This document shows, one piece after another, positions 1-10,695 of a stretch of 64,000 bases of DNA. Location: NCBI GenBank assembly GCA_965213925.1, contig OZ243927.1, forward strand, positions 1,184,001 to 1,248,000. The letters run 5' to 3'. Source of the stretch: Trueperaceae bacterium. GTDB lineage: Bacteria > Deinococcota > Deinococci > Deinococcales > Trueperaceae. Under the pieces are notes generated by a model. It saw only the letters and a program-made list of their open reading frames with translations. It did no database searches and was not told the origin of the DNA. How positions within the stretch are numbered: the stretch's first letter is position 1; every line of letters starts with the position of its first letter. The translations under genes and the position numbers were made by a program.

Positions 1-2
1 TG

Positions 3-908
3 CCCGATAACTTCTTGGGTGGGGAAATGACGTTGCAGCAAGACGCAGCAGAAAAAGCGGTTAGGGAGATTGCGGATAGACTCGAGACCTCTTCTGAAGA
101 TGCCGCGTTAGGCATCGTCCGCGTAGCGAACGCGAATATGGAGGCGGCGATTCGCGTGATCACCGTCGAGCGTGGCGTCGACCAGCGCGAGTGCACGCTC
201 GTAGCGTTCGGCGGAGCGGGACCGCTTCAAGCGTGCGAGCTTGCGTCGGCACTCTCGATTCCGAGGGTTCTCATTCCGAACACAGCGGGCGTGTTATCGG
301 CTTTGGGAATGCTCGCGGCGGATGTGAAAAAGGACTACGTGCAAACCGTGATGCTGGGTGCAGATGAAGCGCAAGAAGAGGTCGAAGGGACATTTGAAGG
401 GTTGTACGAACAGGGAAGAGGTGAGTTGGAGCATGAAGGGTTTGAAGAGGGGGAGATGGAGTTGGAGCCCTTCTTAGACCTGCGCTACCAGGGTCAGTCC
501 TTTGAGCTTGTCGTGTCGTATGAAGGCAGCGTAGAAGATGCGGTAAAGGCTTTTCACGACGCCCACGAACAGCGCTTTGGTCACAGCAATGAAGCGGAGC
601 GGGTGCAGGTCGTCAACGCGCGGCTCAAAGCGAAGGCGAGCGCGGAGAAGCCGGAGCTTCCCGCAGAAGAGGTCTCTGAGCGTGAGGCGGAGCCGGACAG
701 CGTTCAAGAGGTTGTTTTCGAAAAAGAAGGAGAGGTTGAGAGGCTCGAGGCGGGTATTTTCGAACGCGATTCCTTAAACTCAGGCGCATACTTTGACGGT
801 CCCGCCATCGTCACACAGTACGACACCACAACCGTGATTCCTCCGGGCTGGCGGGCGAAGGTGGACGCCGTCAAGAACCTCATCATCGAAGTTGGAAGGT
901 CAACATGA
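3..908 (+). CDS. Hydantoinase A / 5-oxoprolinase (N-methylhydantoinase A) family, 5'-truncated by window edge
   Basis: Motifs AFGGAGPL, GVLSALG, LRYQGQSFEL, GPAIVTQYDTTTVIPPG; overlaps hydantoinase B start (ATGA). Confidence 0.9.
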   Translation, partial: PDNFLGGEMTLQQDAAEKAVREIADRLETSSEDAALGIVRVANANMEAAIRVITVERGVDQRECTLVAFGGAGPLQACELASALSIPRVLIPNTAGVLSALGMLAADVKKDYVQTVMLGADEAQEEVEGTFEGLYEQGRGELEHEGFEEGEMELEPFLDLRYQGQSFELVVSYEGSVEDAVKAFHDAHEQRFGHSNEAERVQVVNARLKAKASAEKPELPAEEVSEREAEPDSVQEVVFEKEGEVERLEAGIFERDSLNSGAYFDGPAIVTQYDTTTVIPPGWRAKVDAVKNLIIEVGRST

Positions 909-2491
909 GTAGTGCAAGAGTAGACGCCGTGAGTTTGGAAATCTTCCGCAGCAGCTTAACCGCCATCGCCGAGGAGATGGGCGCGGTCTTAACGCGCACC
1001 TCGTACTCGCCCAACATCAAGGAGCGGCGCGACTTCTCGTGCGCGATTTACGACACGGACGCCCGCATGGTGGCGCAGGGGGCGCACATGCCGGTGCATC
1101 TCGGCTCGATGCCCGACTCGGTGACGGCGGCGGTAGAGGTTTTCGGCAAGTTGGACGAGGGCGACGTGGTGGCGCTCAACGACCCCTTTCTAGGCGGGAC
1201 GCACCTACCAGATATCACAGTCGTTTCACCGATGTTTGTAGAACTCGAGGACGAAAAAATCTTCATCGGCTACGCCGCGAACCGCGCTCATCACTCGGAT
1301 GTGGGCGGCATGTCAGCGGGCTCGATGCCGAAAGCCACCGAGCTGTATCAGGAGGGAATCATCATCCCGCCGACTAAACTCTACGAGGCGGGCGAGCCGA
1401 ATGAGGGCGTGCTGGAGCTTATTTACCGCAACGTGCGCACGCCGGGTGAGCGGCGCGGCGATTTGAACGCTCAAATTGCGACGAACCGCACGGCGAATAG
1501 GCGCTTGCAGGAGCTTGTCTCGAGGTGGGGCATGGAAACCGTTCAAGCTCACGTAGACGAACTCATCGCCTACACCGAGCGTTTGACGAGAAGCGCCTTA
1601 GAAGAGGTTCCCGACGGTGAATACGAATTCGAAGACGCCCTAGACAGCGACGGCGTCACGGACGACGTCGTTCCTATTCGCGTCAAACTCACCGTGCAAG
1701 GAAGCGACCTCACGGTGGATTTTTCGGGCAGCAGTAAACAGGTGCGCGGCAACGTGAATACGGTGGCGGCGGTGGCGAAGTCCGCGACGTACTACGTCGT
1801 GCGCTGCCTCATGCCGGAGGACGCGCCGACGAACCACGGCACCTTCGCACCTGTAGAGGTCATTACACCTAAAGGAACCGTGGTGAACGCGCAAGCACCC
1901 GCCGCCGTCGCCCAAGGGAACGTCGAGACCTCACAGCGCATTACAGACGTCGTCTTCGGCGCACTCGCCAAAGCGCTGCCTGGTAGGATTCCGGCGGCGA
2001 GCCAAGGCACGATGAACAACGTGACGGCGGGCGGGGTGGATTCGCGTACCAGTCAGGCGTTCGCCTACTACGAGACGATGGGCGGCGGCATGGGCGCACG
2101 TCCTCATATGGACGGACTTTCGGGCGTCCACACGCACATGAGCAATACGCTCAATACGCCCATCGAGGCGTTCGAGTACGCCTATCCGATGAGGATTACG
2201 GCGTATCGGCTGCGCAGTGGTTCGGGGGGGAAGGGTGAGGCTCGAGGGGGCGACGGTTTGGAGCGTGAGTTGACCTTCGAAGTACCTACCGACGTGACGA
2301 TTTTAAGCGAGCGGCGCAAGCGGTCGCCCTATGGATTGCAAGGTGGACAAGAGGGGGCGCAGGGGGAAAACAGGCTCCATCAAGCGGGTGAAGAGAAAAA
2401 GCTCGAGGGCAAGGTGAGCTTTCGGGCAGAGCCCGGAGACCGTTTGGTCATCGCCTCGCCGGGCGGGGGCGGCTGGGGCGAGGTGGAGTAA
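905..2491 (+). CDS. Hydantoinase B / oxoprolinase family protein
   Basis: SPNIKERRDFSCA, NDPFLGGTHLPD, HHSDVGG, C-terminal PGGGGWG. Confidence 0.93.
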   Translation: MSSARVDAVSLEIFRSSLTAIAEEMGAVLTRTSYSPNIKERRDFSCAIYDTDARMVAQGAHMPVHLGSMPDSVTAAVEVFGKLDEGDVVALNDPFLGGTHLPDITVVSPMFVELEDEKIFIGYAANRAHHSDVGGMSAGSMPKATELYQEGIIIPPTKLYEAGEPNEGVLELIYRNVRTPGERRGDLNAQIATNRTANRRLQELVSRWGMETVQAHVDELIAYTERLTRSALEEVPDGEYEFEDALDSDGVTDDVVPIRVKLTVQGSDLTVDFSGSSKQVRGNVNTVAAVAKSATYYVVRCLMPEDAPTNHGTFAPVEVITPKGTVVNAQAPAAVAQGNVETSQRITDVVFGALAKALPGRIPAASQGTMNNVTAGGVDSRTSQAFAYYETMGGGMGARPHMDGLSGVHTHMSNTLNTPIEAFEYAYPMRITAYRLRSGSGGKGEARGGDGLERELTFEVPTDVTILSERRKRSPYGLQGGQEGAQGENRLHQAGEEKKLEGKVSFRAEPGDRLVIASPGGGGWGEVE

Positions 2492-2644
2492 GGCGCGTCG
2501 TAAAATTGTTTCTGCGTTTGACGCTTGCAAAGTGGGCTTTTAACGATTAGCCTTTAGCTGTTAGCCAAAAGCTCGAGCTAATACCTAACCGCTAAAAGCG
2601 AATCGCTTGTTATGAAGCTCAACTAAACACCTTGGGGGAAGCTT

Positions 2645-4159
2645 ATGGCACACCAGACCATCCAACCACCACCCAGTATCATCACCATCTTCGGCGCAGG
2701 CGGCGACCTCACCTGGCGCAAGCTCGTCCCCGCGCTCTTCGACCTCTACGTGGCGGGCTACTTGCCCGACGAGGTGAACATCATCGGCGTGGACATCAAA
2801 GAGTTTAACGACGCGGCGTTTCGCAAGCACGCGCGAGACGGCGTGGACAAGTTCGCCCGCTACCAGAAAAAGATCGAGGAGCAGTGGGACGGCTTCGCGC
2901 AGAAGATGAGCTACCAAACGGGCGACTTCAGCAAAGAGGAAACCTACAAGGCGCTCGGGGAGAAGCTGGAATCGTGCGATCAAGCTTGGGAGCTTGAAGC
3001 GGATTATATCTTCTATCTAGCGACTGCGCCGACCTTCGTCGAGATAGTCGCGGAGAGGCTCTACGAAGCTGCCCTCTTGAACGATCACGTGCGCAGCCGC
3101 ATCGTCGTGGAGAAACCGTTCGGGCATGACTTGGAGTCCGCGAGGGAGCTGAACCAAAAACTCCTCAACATCTGCCCCGAAGAGCAGATTTACCGCATCG
3201 ACCACTATCTGGGCAAAGAGACGGTGCAAAATATCCTCGCGTTTCGCTTCGCCAACGCGCTCTACGAGCCCGTGTGGAACCGCAACTACATCGACCACGT
3301 GCAGATCACCGTGGCGGAGAGCGTGGGCGTGGGGCACCGGGGCGGCTACTACGACCACGCCGGAGCTTTGCGCGACATGGTGCAGAACCACCTCATGCAG
3401 GTCTTTTGCCTCGTCGCGATGGAGCCGCCCGTCTCGTTCGGCGCGGACGAGATTCGTAGCCGCAAGGTGGACGTGCTCAGGGCGGTGAGGCCGCTCGAGC
3501 TAGAAGACGTACCCGACATGGCGGCGCGAGGTCAGTATGCTGACGGCTGGATAGAGGGCGAACACGCCCCGGCGTACCGAGGTGAACCTGATGTGGCGGA
3601 GGGGTCTAACACGGAGACCTTCGCCGCCTTAAAGCTCTACATCGACAACTGGCGCTGGCGCGGCGTGCCCTTCTATCTGCGGAGCGGCAAGCGGCTCAGT
3701 GAGCGCGTCTCGGAGGTGGTCATCCGCTTTAAGCCGGTGCCGCACCAAGCCTTTCCTGAGACGCTCACTTCGCACTGGCAACCCAACGACCTCTTGATGT
3801 TTTTACAGCCGAACGAGGGGATCGCCATCCGGATGCAGGCGAAGGTGCCGGGCTTGGAGATGCAGCTCGGCGGCGTGGACATGACGTTTAGCTATAAAGA
3901 CGCCTTCCAGACCGCCTCGCCCGAAGCTTACGAAGCCCTCCTTTTAGACGCCATGCGCGGCGACGCGACGCTCTTTATGCGCAGCGACCAGGTGGAGAAG
4001 GCGTGGGAGATCGTCATGCCTGTGCTGGAGTATTGGCGGCGGAGACCCGGCATCTCCACCTACGACGCGGGGACGTGGGGACCGGACAGCGCCACGGAAC
4101 TCATCGCAAGAGATGGGCGGAGTTGGGTGAGACCGCAGAAAATTGGTGGGGAAGATTGA
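2645..4159 (+). CDS. zwf: Glucose-6-phosphate 1-dehydrogenase
   Basis: [43 protein letters not shown]. Confidence 0.97.
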   Translation: MAHQTIQPPPSIITIFGAGGDLTWRKLVPALFDLYVAGYLPDEVNIIGVDIKEFNDAAFRKHARDGVDKFARYQKKIEEQWDGFAQKMSYQTGDFSKEETYKALGEKLESCDQAWELEADYIFYLATAPTFVEIVAERLYEAALLNDHVRSRIVVEKPFGHDLESARELNQKLLNICPEEQIYRIDHYLGKETVQNILAFRFANALYEPVWNRNYIDHVQITVAESVGVGHRGGYYDHAGALRDMVQNHLMQVFCLVAMEPPVSFGADEIRSRKVDVLRAVRPLELEDVPDMAARGQYADGWIEGEHAPAYRGEPDVAEGSNTETFAALKLYIDNWRWRGVPFYLRSGKRLSERVSEVVIRFKPVPHQAFPETLTSHWQPNDLLMFLQPNEGIAIRMQAKVPGLEMQLGGVDMTFSYKDAFQTASPEAYEALLLDAMRGDATLFMRSDQVEKAWEIVMPVLEYWRRRPGISTYDAGTWGPDSATELIARDGRSWVRPQKIGGED

Positions 4160-4173
4160 TCGCGTGTAGGAGC

Positions 4174-5163
4174 TTAATCGAGCCCCGCCGCCGCGCGTTT
4201 CGTGAGCGCGCGCCCGCTGATCAGAGGACCGAGCACGAAGTAGAGGTAGTAACTTAGAGAGCGCCATACGATGACCGTCGTTGAGACCAGTTGCGGGGTG
4301 GCGCGTCCGGCCAAGGCGAGCGAGAGTGCGCCCTCCATGTAGCCGCTCGCGCCGGGGGTAGGGACGGCGAAGGCGAAAGCGTGAATCAGGGTGTGCAGGG
4401 CGAGTAGCTCCAAGGGCGGCACGTCGAGCCCGAGCGAGAGCCCCACCGCGACGAGAAAGGCGAAGCTCGAGACCCAAAAGAGCGCGGAACATATGTGCAG
4501 ACCGAGGTGAACGTACAGGGGTTCTTTGGCAAAGGTGCGACTCGCAGTTTCTAAGTCAGCGAGGAAGCCGCCTACCTTTTCGGCGTAGCGGCGCAGCCCA
4601 GGCAGCCGAAAGAGCGCGCGCATGAGCTTGATAAAGAGCCGTAAACGGAAGGCCAAGAGGAAGCTCAGCGAAAATACGACGGCGGAGAAGAGCATCACTA
4701 ACCAGCCGAGCCCCGCGAGCGGCAGCGAAGTGCCCACTTGCGTCAGGTAGAGAAAGGCGGCGGGGACGCTCCAGGCGAAAAACGCCATGTCAAGCACTGT
4801 GACGAGCACGCTCGTGATGACCGCGTTTTGTAGCGGCACGTTGTAGCGCGTCAAAAGCCAAGTAACGCCTAACGCGTTGCCACCCCCAGCCGGCGTGATG
4901 ACCGAGGCGAAAATCCCGACGACGTGCACCCGTATTCCCTGCCACGTCGAAAGTGACGCGCCGCTCAGCCGTACGAGCAGAGCGGTGCGCCAACCGCCGA
5001 TCGCCCAGCGCAAGGCGAGCACGCCTAGCAAGAGGGCGAGTTGAGGGAGGCCGAGCGTAAGGAGTGTACGTAGCGTCTCTAACTGAAAGGTTTCGGGCAC
5101 GAGGAAGTAGAGGCTGCCGATTCCTAAAAGGAGCGAGAGGAGGAGCGTTTGCCAGATACGCAC
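4174..5163 (-). CDS. Lysylphosphatidylglycerol synthase TM-domain (UPF0104, flippase-like) membrane protein
   Basis: Multi-TM; ITPAGGG, VPTPGASGYMEG, WRSLSYY motifs; coupled to the upstream glycosyltransferase. Confidence 0.8.
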   Translation of the reverse strand: MRIWQTLLLSLLLGIGSLYFLVPETFQLETLRTLLTLGLPQLALLLGVLALRWAIGGWRTALLVRLSGASLSTWQGIRVHVVGIFASVITPAGGGNALGVTWLLTRYNVPLQNAVITSVLVTVLDMAFFAWSVPAAFLYLTQVGTSLPLAGLGWLVMLFSAVVFSLSFLLAFRLRLFIKLMRALFRLPGLRRYAEKVGGFLADLETASRTFAKEPLYVHLGLHICSALFWVSSFAFLVAVGLSLGLDVPPLELLALHTLIHAFAFAVPTPGASGYMEGALSLALAGRATPQLVSTTVIVWRSLSYYLYFVLGPLISGRALTKRAAAGLD

Positions 5164-6332
5164 TAGCGTATCCCTTCGCCTAGGAGTGCGGGGTCGGGGA
5201 GGCGCGTCTTAGCGTAGTGGACAATATAGTGACCGACGCGCTCGGTCATATCGGGGAAGTTAAAGGCCTTCGCCCGCCTTTCGACTTGGTCGAGCGCGTT
5301 AGGCTCAGCGTGATAGCGGCTGAGCGCCACTTGAAGGGCGTCCATCGTCGGAACGTAGCCGCCTAGCTCGTGCGCCTCTAAAAAGCGGATCATCTGATTT
5401 TCGATGCCGCCCGAGCGGTTGGGCGCTAAGACCGGGCGACCCACCGCCAAGCTCTCGAAGACCGCGGCGGGTCCGGTTTTGCCGACGATCACGTCGCTCG
5501 CCGCGACAAACTCCGCCATGTTATCGACGAACCCTTGCGGGCGCAGCAGCGGGTCGGCGGCGCTTAGCGCGTCCAGTTCGCGCTTTAGTGTGTCGTTACG
5601 TCCAGCGATGACTACAATTTGGATGGGAAAATTAAGCTCGCGCAGGGCGCGGATGAGGGCGAGTGGCGCTCCGCCGACCCCCTCGCCGCCCAAGGAGATA
5701 AGGCAGGTAAAAGCGTCCCCTAATCCCAACTTCTCCCTCGCACAGCGCTTGTCGGGCGCGTGAATAAAGGACTGCTTGACCGGGTAGCCGACCACGTCCA
5801 TCTTGTCGCGGCTCACGCCGAGTTTCGCTAGAATGTCTCTCGCCACGGGCGAGCCGAGCAAGAAGCGCTCCGCTTGGGGGTCCGCCCAGAGCGCGGTCGC
5901 GTCGAGCGTGGACGTCTGAAAGGTGAGGACCGGAACGCGCAACCCGAAGCGGCGCTGCGCGAGCGTGAGCGCTGTAGTGAGCCAGCCGTGATTCGCGACG
6001 ATGAGGGCGGGTTGGCGTTCATTGAGGAGGGTCGCGGCGTCCCTCGCGAAGTTGCGCAGCAAGAGGCGGTGCGCCCGGACCGTGAGACCCGGCGCGCGGT
6101 CGATGAGGCGCTGTCCCCAGGTGACGGTCCACGGGTTTTCCAGCGCGCGCCGCCAGGAGCGTTTATGGAGCGCGTCGAAGCGGCTAAAACCCGCGTCTTT
6201 CATGAGGTCAGAAAGCTCTAAGCGGTACGCACCCGGATAGCCCGTCTCCACCGCCTGCGCCATCGCCTCCGCCGAGGAGACGTGCGACCCGCCGGCGGCA
6301 ATCGTAGCGAAGAGGATAAGGGGGCGCGGCAT
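5163..6332 (-). CDS. MGDG synthase / UgtP-like glycosyltransferase (GT28)
   Basis: GGSH..A.A N-terminus, GYPV, GGEGVG, AGRN, GFVDNM, SDVIVGKTGP...ES. Confidence 0.85.
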   Translation of the reverse strand: MPRPLILFATIAAGGSHVSSAEAMAQAVETGYPGAYRLELSDLMKDAGFSRFDALHKRSWRRALENPWTVTWGQRLIDRAPGLTVRAHRLLLRNFARDAATLLNERQPALIVANHGWLTTALTLAQRRFGLRVPVLTFQTSTLDATALWADPQAERFLLGSPVARDILAKLGVSRDKMDVVGYPVKQSFIHAPDKRCAREKLGLGDAFTCLISLGGEGVGGAPLALIRALRELNFPIQIVVIAGRNDTLKRELDALSAADPLLRPQGFVDNMAEFVAASDVIVGKTGPAAVFESLAVGRPVLAPNRSGGIENQMIRFLEAHELGGYVPTMDALQVALSRYHAEPNALDQVERRAKAFNFPDMTERVGHYIVHYAKTRLPDPALLGEGIR

Positions 6333-6530
6333 CTCCGTATGGTAACAGAAGGAGCGCCGTTTAGACTATCTCTGCAGTGCGGTGCCGAAGTCGCGGCGCA
6401 AGGAAGTGACCGTCCCGCAGGCGACTGCGCGCTCATCATCGTCTTTATGCGCGCTGTGGCTCCAGGGCGACGCGCGCGGGGAGGGGCTCGTGATGTTGGG
6501 CTTGCCGGTGGGTTCTTTCGCGGGCGACTA

Positions 6531-8696
6531 TCAAACCTCGACTCGAGCCCCTTCCCTCTCGCTCACCTGCGCCGCCTGGATCGCGGTGAGGGCGATTGTG
6601 TAGACGATGTCTTCGACCAGGGCCCCTCTCGAGAGGTCGTTCACGGGCTTGCGCAGACCTTGGAGCATCGGACCGATACTGATCACGTTGGCGCTACGCT
6701 GCACCGCCTTATACGTCGTGTTGCCCGTGTTGAGGTCGGGGAAGACGAAGACCGTCGCCCGTCCCGCCACCTCGCTGTCGGGCGCTTTGCTCTCGGCGAC
6801 GGCGCGAATGGCCGCCGCGTCGTACTGGAGCGGACCGTCGATCAACAGCTCGGGGCGGGCGGCTTGCGCGAGCCTGGTCGCCTCCTTGACCTTTTCCACG
6901 TCGCTACCGGTGCCCGACGCGCCGGTGCTATACGAGAGCATCGCCACGCGCGGCTCGATGCCGAACGCTTGCGCGGACTCGGCGCTCCTCACAGCGATGT
7001 CGGCTAGCTCTTCGGGGTTAGGGTCGGGGTTCACGGCGCAGTCGCCGTAGACCAGGACCTGCTCGGGCAAACACATAAAAAACACTGAAGAGACGACCTT
7101 GACGCCCGGCGCGGTCTTGATGAGCTGAAACGCGGGGCGGATCGTGTTGGCGGTGGTGTGCACCGCGCCCGACACGAGCCCGTCCACCTCGCCCTGCGCT
7201 AACATCATCGTGCCCAAAGCGACGGTGTCGTGGAGGATTTCTCTCGCCACCGTCGCACTCAGCCCCCTGTGTTTGCGCAGTTCGACCATCGGCGCGACGT
7301 AATCTTCAATGACCTCTTGCGGCGCGATGATCTCTAGGTCCTCGTGCAGGCGGATGCCTCCTTGCACGGCGACACGCTTCACCTCGCTAGGGTCCGCCAA
7401 CAAGACGCAGTGCGCGATACCCCGCTCCTCGCAGAGGCTCGCCGCTTGTAAGGTGCGCGGCTCGCTCCCTTCGGGCAGCACGACGCGCCTGCGCGCCTCC
7501 TTCGCGCGCTCGACTAGGAGGTGGCGAAAGGCGGGAGGGCTCAGCCGACGCTCGTCCGGGTTGAGCTGGAGCCGCGCCTCTAACGCCCCGAGGTCGAGCC
7601 GCGCCGCCACGCTTCTAATCGTGAGGTCGACGCGCTCGCGGTCGTCTAGGGGAATCTCTAAATTCATGCTGCGCACGGCGAGCGCCGCTTGAAAGGAATC
7701 CTGCGGCACGAGCAGTACGGGCAACCCTGTCTCTAAGCCCTGCCTGCAGAGGTCTAAAAGCGCGTCTTTCGGCCTGAGCTTGTTCGTCAGCAGCAGCGCG
7801 GCGATAGGCTGACCATTTAGCGCCGCCATGACCGCTGCCAACACGAGGTCGACGCGGTCGCCGCCCGTGATAAAGAGCGTGCCGGGTAGGAGTCGCTGGG
7901 CGGCGTTGAGCGTCGTGCTCGCGCCGAGCGCCACATCGGTGACGCGCCGCTCTAAGTCGCCTTCGTTCAAGACTTCCGCGTCAATTTGACGCAGCACGTC
8001 GCGCACGCGGGGCGCGAGCAGGTCGCGTTGCCAAGGGATACAGCCGAGCAGCTTGAAGTCGCCTTCAAAGACCGCCGCGCCTTTAAGCGCCTCGGTGCGG
8101 CGGCGCGTCCTCTCCTCCATCTCCTCCTCGGGGGGTAAGTCGAGCTGCAAAAAGCCGCTGCTCTGGGGCGCGCCGACCTGGTTCAAGACGCAGCCCAGCA
8201 CGCGCGGATGCGTCACGCCGCCGAAATCTCTGGCGGTCAGCTCGAGCACGTCCGTCAGCGCCTCGGGGCTGCGCTCGCCCGGCGCGGTGACGAGGATCAC
8301 GTCCGCGTCCAGGCTCTGCGCGACGCTCGCGTTGAGACCTGCCGCGTAGGGCTGTTGCGGCGTCGAGACGAGTCCCTCCAAAACGACGATGTCCGCGCCC
8401 TTGGCTGCCTCTTGCGCCCGAACCACGACCTCTTCTAAAAGTTGGTTTTGCTCGCCGCGACTGTACAGGTCTTCGGCGCGCGCCATGTCGATAGGCGTGG
8501 GCGGGGTGAGGCTCGAGACCATCTCCACGAGCCGCGTCGAGCGCTCCGGTCCCTTATCCGAAAGGTGGCGCTGCGCGATGGGCTTGGCGAAGCCGACCGG
8601 CGTCCCGCTTCGGTCGAGCGCGTGAACGAGCCCCACCGATACGGTGGTCAAGCCGACGCGCACGCCCGTAGGAACCGTCATGATGTACTGAGCCAT
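6531..8696 (-). CDS. pta: Phosphate acetyltransferase, long form (BioD-like N-terminus + DRTGG + PTA_PTB)
   Basis: VLPEGSEPRT, YGDCAVNPDP, DGPLQYDAA, PVNDLSRG. Confidence 0.96.
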   Translation of the reverse strand: MAQYIMTVPTGVRVGLTTVSVGLVHALDRSGTPVGFAKPIAQRHLSDKGPERSTRLVEMVSSLTPPTPIDMARAEDLYSRGEQNQLLEEVVVRAQEAAKGADIVVLEGLVSTPQQPYAAGLNASVAQSLDADVILVTAPGERSPEALTDVLELTARDFGGVTHPRVLGCVLNQVGAPQSSGFLQLDLPPEEEMEERTRRRTEALKGAAVFEGDFKLLGCIPWQRDLLAPRVRDVLRQIDAEVLNEGDLERRVTDVALGASTTLNAAQRLLPGTLFITGGDRVDLVLAAVMAALNGQPIAALLLTNKLRPKDALLDLCRQGLETGLPVLLVPQDSFQAALAVRSMNLEIPLDDRERVDLTIRSVAARLDLGALEARLQLNPDERRLSPPAFRHLLVERAKEARRRVVLPEGSEPRTLQAASLCEERGIAHCVLLADPSEVKRVAVQGGIRLHEDLEIIAPQEVIEDYVAPMVELRKHRGLSATVAREILHDTVALGTMMLAQGEVDGLVSGAVHTTANTIRPAFQLIKTAPGVKVVSSVFFMCLPEQVLVYGDCAVNPDPNPEELADIAVRSAESAQAFGIEPRVAMLSYSTGASGTGSDVEKVKEATRLAQAARPELLIDGPLQYDAAAIRAVAESKAPDSEVAGRATVFVFPDLNTGNTTYKAVQRSANVISIGPMLQGLRKPVNDLSRGALVEDIVYTIALTAIQAAQVSEREGARVEV

Positions 8697-9469
8697 AGCT
8701 CTCCTTTTCTTATGTTGCAGCGCGCCTCGTTCGTCCCTAGTTGATTGCGGCGTCAGGTCCGCTCAGTTGGAGGGTCTTTATGCGAACGCTCGAGCCTCAT
8801 AACGGGCTTGGGACTTCAGGGCGCGCAGCGCTCGCGTCACTTAAAGGGTACCCAGGGGTCCTTTAGACGACTGTGGGCGGTGCCGCCAATTCACGCTTTC
8901 CGCTCGGTCGCTTTGCCGCTCGCATTTGTTACAGCAAACTCAAGGGTGAGCCCGCAATCTCTAGCGGGAGCGTGCCCCGCGCAATGCGGCGTTGCTACGG
9001 CTAGAAGTAAACATGGTTGATTAGCTAATGCTCGAGCCTTGCAAAAATATATGAACCCGCCTGGAGACGCATTTCTTTACCCAAAGCTTTTAGCTATCAA
9101 CGGTCGGATATTCGCTCAAAAGCCTTTGCTGAAAGCTAAGGGCTCATTGCTCGGCGTTAAAACGTTTTACAGTCAATGAGTCAGTGCAAAACGTGAGTAA
9201 TGGCAACGTATAGAGCCGCTGCAAGCACCGCTTTCACCGCGCTCCTTTCACTCACTCTTTATTTTCTTCATCGTTCGGACCTGAGCACGCGACCTCATGT
9301 TACGCTAATGTGGAAAACTTCACACGCGGACCTTAGCACTACGCTTCGGGGACGGCACCTACCGAGGACGACCTCAAGATTTTCGCTCTGGAACGGCGGC
9401 GTAACACCTACCCGCTTACACTCACGTATCACCGGGGGCGCACAACGTGCGACCGAAACAGGGGGTTTC

Positions 9470-9724
9470 ATGAACTTGCTACGCACCACACCGACGACAA
9501 CCGCGAAGCCAGACCTAAAAACCGAAGTGGACCTAGGCGCTGAGCGAGAGACGCCGAGCTTGAGCGCCCGACTCGCCTGGCAGTTTGCGGTCGTGCTCAT
9601 TTTGCTCACCACGTTTTGCTTAGGTTTTCCGCAGTTTCACTACACCGCCGCGCTGATGGTTGCTGCGATCCTCCGCTACAAGGATACGCCCGGCGACATC
9701 TTCGCGCCCGTCTCATTCGGATGA
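9470..9724 (+). CDS. Small hypothetical membrane protein
   Basis: GGGGG RBS before ATG 9470; two hydrophobic segments; stop overlaps next ATG. Confidence 0.5.
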   Translation: MNLLRTTPTTTAKPDLKTEVDLGAERETPSLSARLAWQFAVVLILLTTFCLGFPQFHYTAALMVAAILRYKDTPGDIFAPVSFG

Positions 9725-10344
9725 ACCCGCGAGTCAAGTCACGAGTGATGCGGCTTGCGCTGCTCCTACTCGCGCTGGGTTTCGCTCACGCGCTAGCGCA
9801 GTCTCATCAACCTTTGAACGAGTCGGACGTGCGCGTAGAAGCGTCCCCGTACGAGACCCCGAGCGTCGCGCAACTGCGCGCCCTCCCCGCCGAAAGCTGG
9901 CCGGCTGACGTCGGCGGGCTAGCGCTCCGCTATCATCTGGTCAGTTTGGAAGGGTTCTCGTCGTTAGGGTATTTCGTCTTCTCCCCAGCGACGCAGACGT
10001 GCCATATCTACATCGACACGTGGCTCGCCAACCACGCCAGCCAAGCGGAGCACCTCGCGGTCGTTTTCCACGAGGTCGGGCACTGCGTCGATGCGGTGAC
10101 GTTGCGCTCTAACCACAATGCGTTCGTCCGTGAGGGCTGCGTCTACGGCGCGTATTACTGCGCGCCCGCCGAAGGTTACGCCGAAGCGTGGCGCTACGCC
10201 TACACCGCGCGGTGTGGTCTCGACGCCGCAACGATCGGTTACGAAGTGAACGCCGCTGACGAGTCCGCGACGCGCTGCGCACTTCCGACTGCCGAAGCGG
10301 TGCTGCCGCCACTTTCTGCGGAGCACCTCGCTAACACGCACTGA
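9721..10344 (+). CDS. Secreted HExxH zincin-like hypothetical protein
   Basis: Signal-peptide-like N-terminus (LLLLALGFAHALA); VFHEVGH motif and downstream EGYAE; Cys-rich. Confidence 0.65.
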   Translation: MNPRVKSRVMRLALLLLALGFAHALAQSHQPLNESDVRVEASPYETPSVAQLRALPAESWPADVGGLALRYHLVSLEGFSSLGYFVFSPATQTCHIYIDTWLANHASQAEHLAVVFHEVGHCVDAVTLRSNHNAFVREGCVYGAYYCAPAEGYAEAWRYAYTARCGLDAATIGYEVNAADESATRCALPTAEAVLPPLSAEHLANTH

Positions 10345-10345
10345 T

Positions 10346-10604
10346 TACAGCGTTAATCAAGTTTTGCTACTTATTAGCATGTCACCCTGTTCACGAAGTA
10401 GAGCGAAGCTTCGGCGAAGGCGTAAGGGTCTCGGTTGGCTATGCCAAAACTGTGTAACTTTCGTTCTCTGTCAGAGGAGTCAGCAAGGTCAGAGATTCTT
10501 ACACTCCGCTTCGCTCTCCTTCGGTTACGTAGTTTTCGCTTTTGCGAAAGGTACTGACGTGAACCGTTCAGAATGACGTGTTTCATCTTTTGGCTAACAG
10601 TGTA
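10346..10604. mobile_element. MITE-like repeat family A copy with nested micro-insertions
   Basis: Ends TACAGCGTTAA / CTAACAGTGTA; flanks CTGAT / CTAAT; core TGTCACCCTG...GGGTCTC...GAGATTCTT...CAGAATGAC shared with other copies. Confidence 0.85.
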
Positions 10605-10695
10605 CTAATGATTATGGCAGGTGTATAGGGCACGCTAAATAGCGAAGCTCAATCTACCTCGGACGCAGGTATTGATTTAGAACTAGATGCTGACT

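Noticed and set aside
8700..9020. ackA remnant upstream of pta
   Set aside because: Only a three-residue TNE match; no supportable homology
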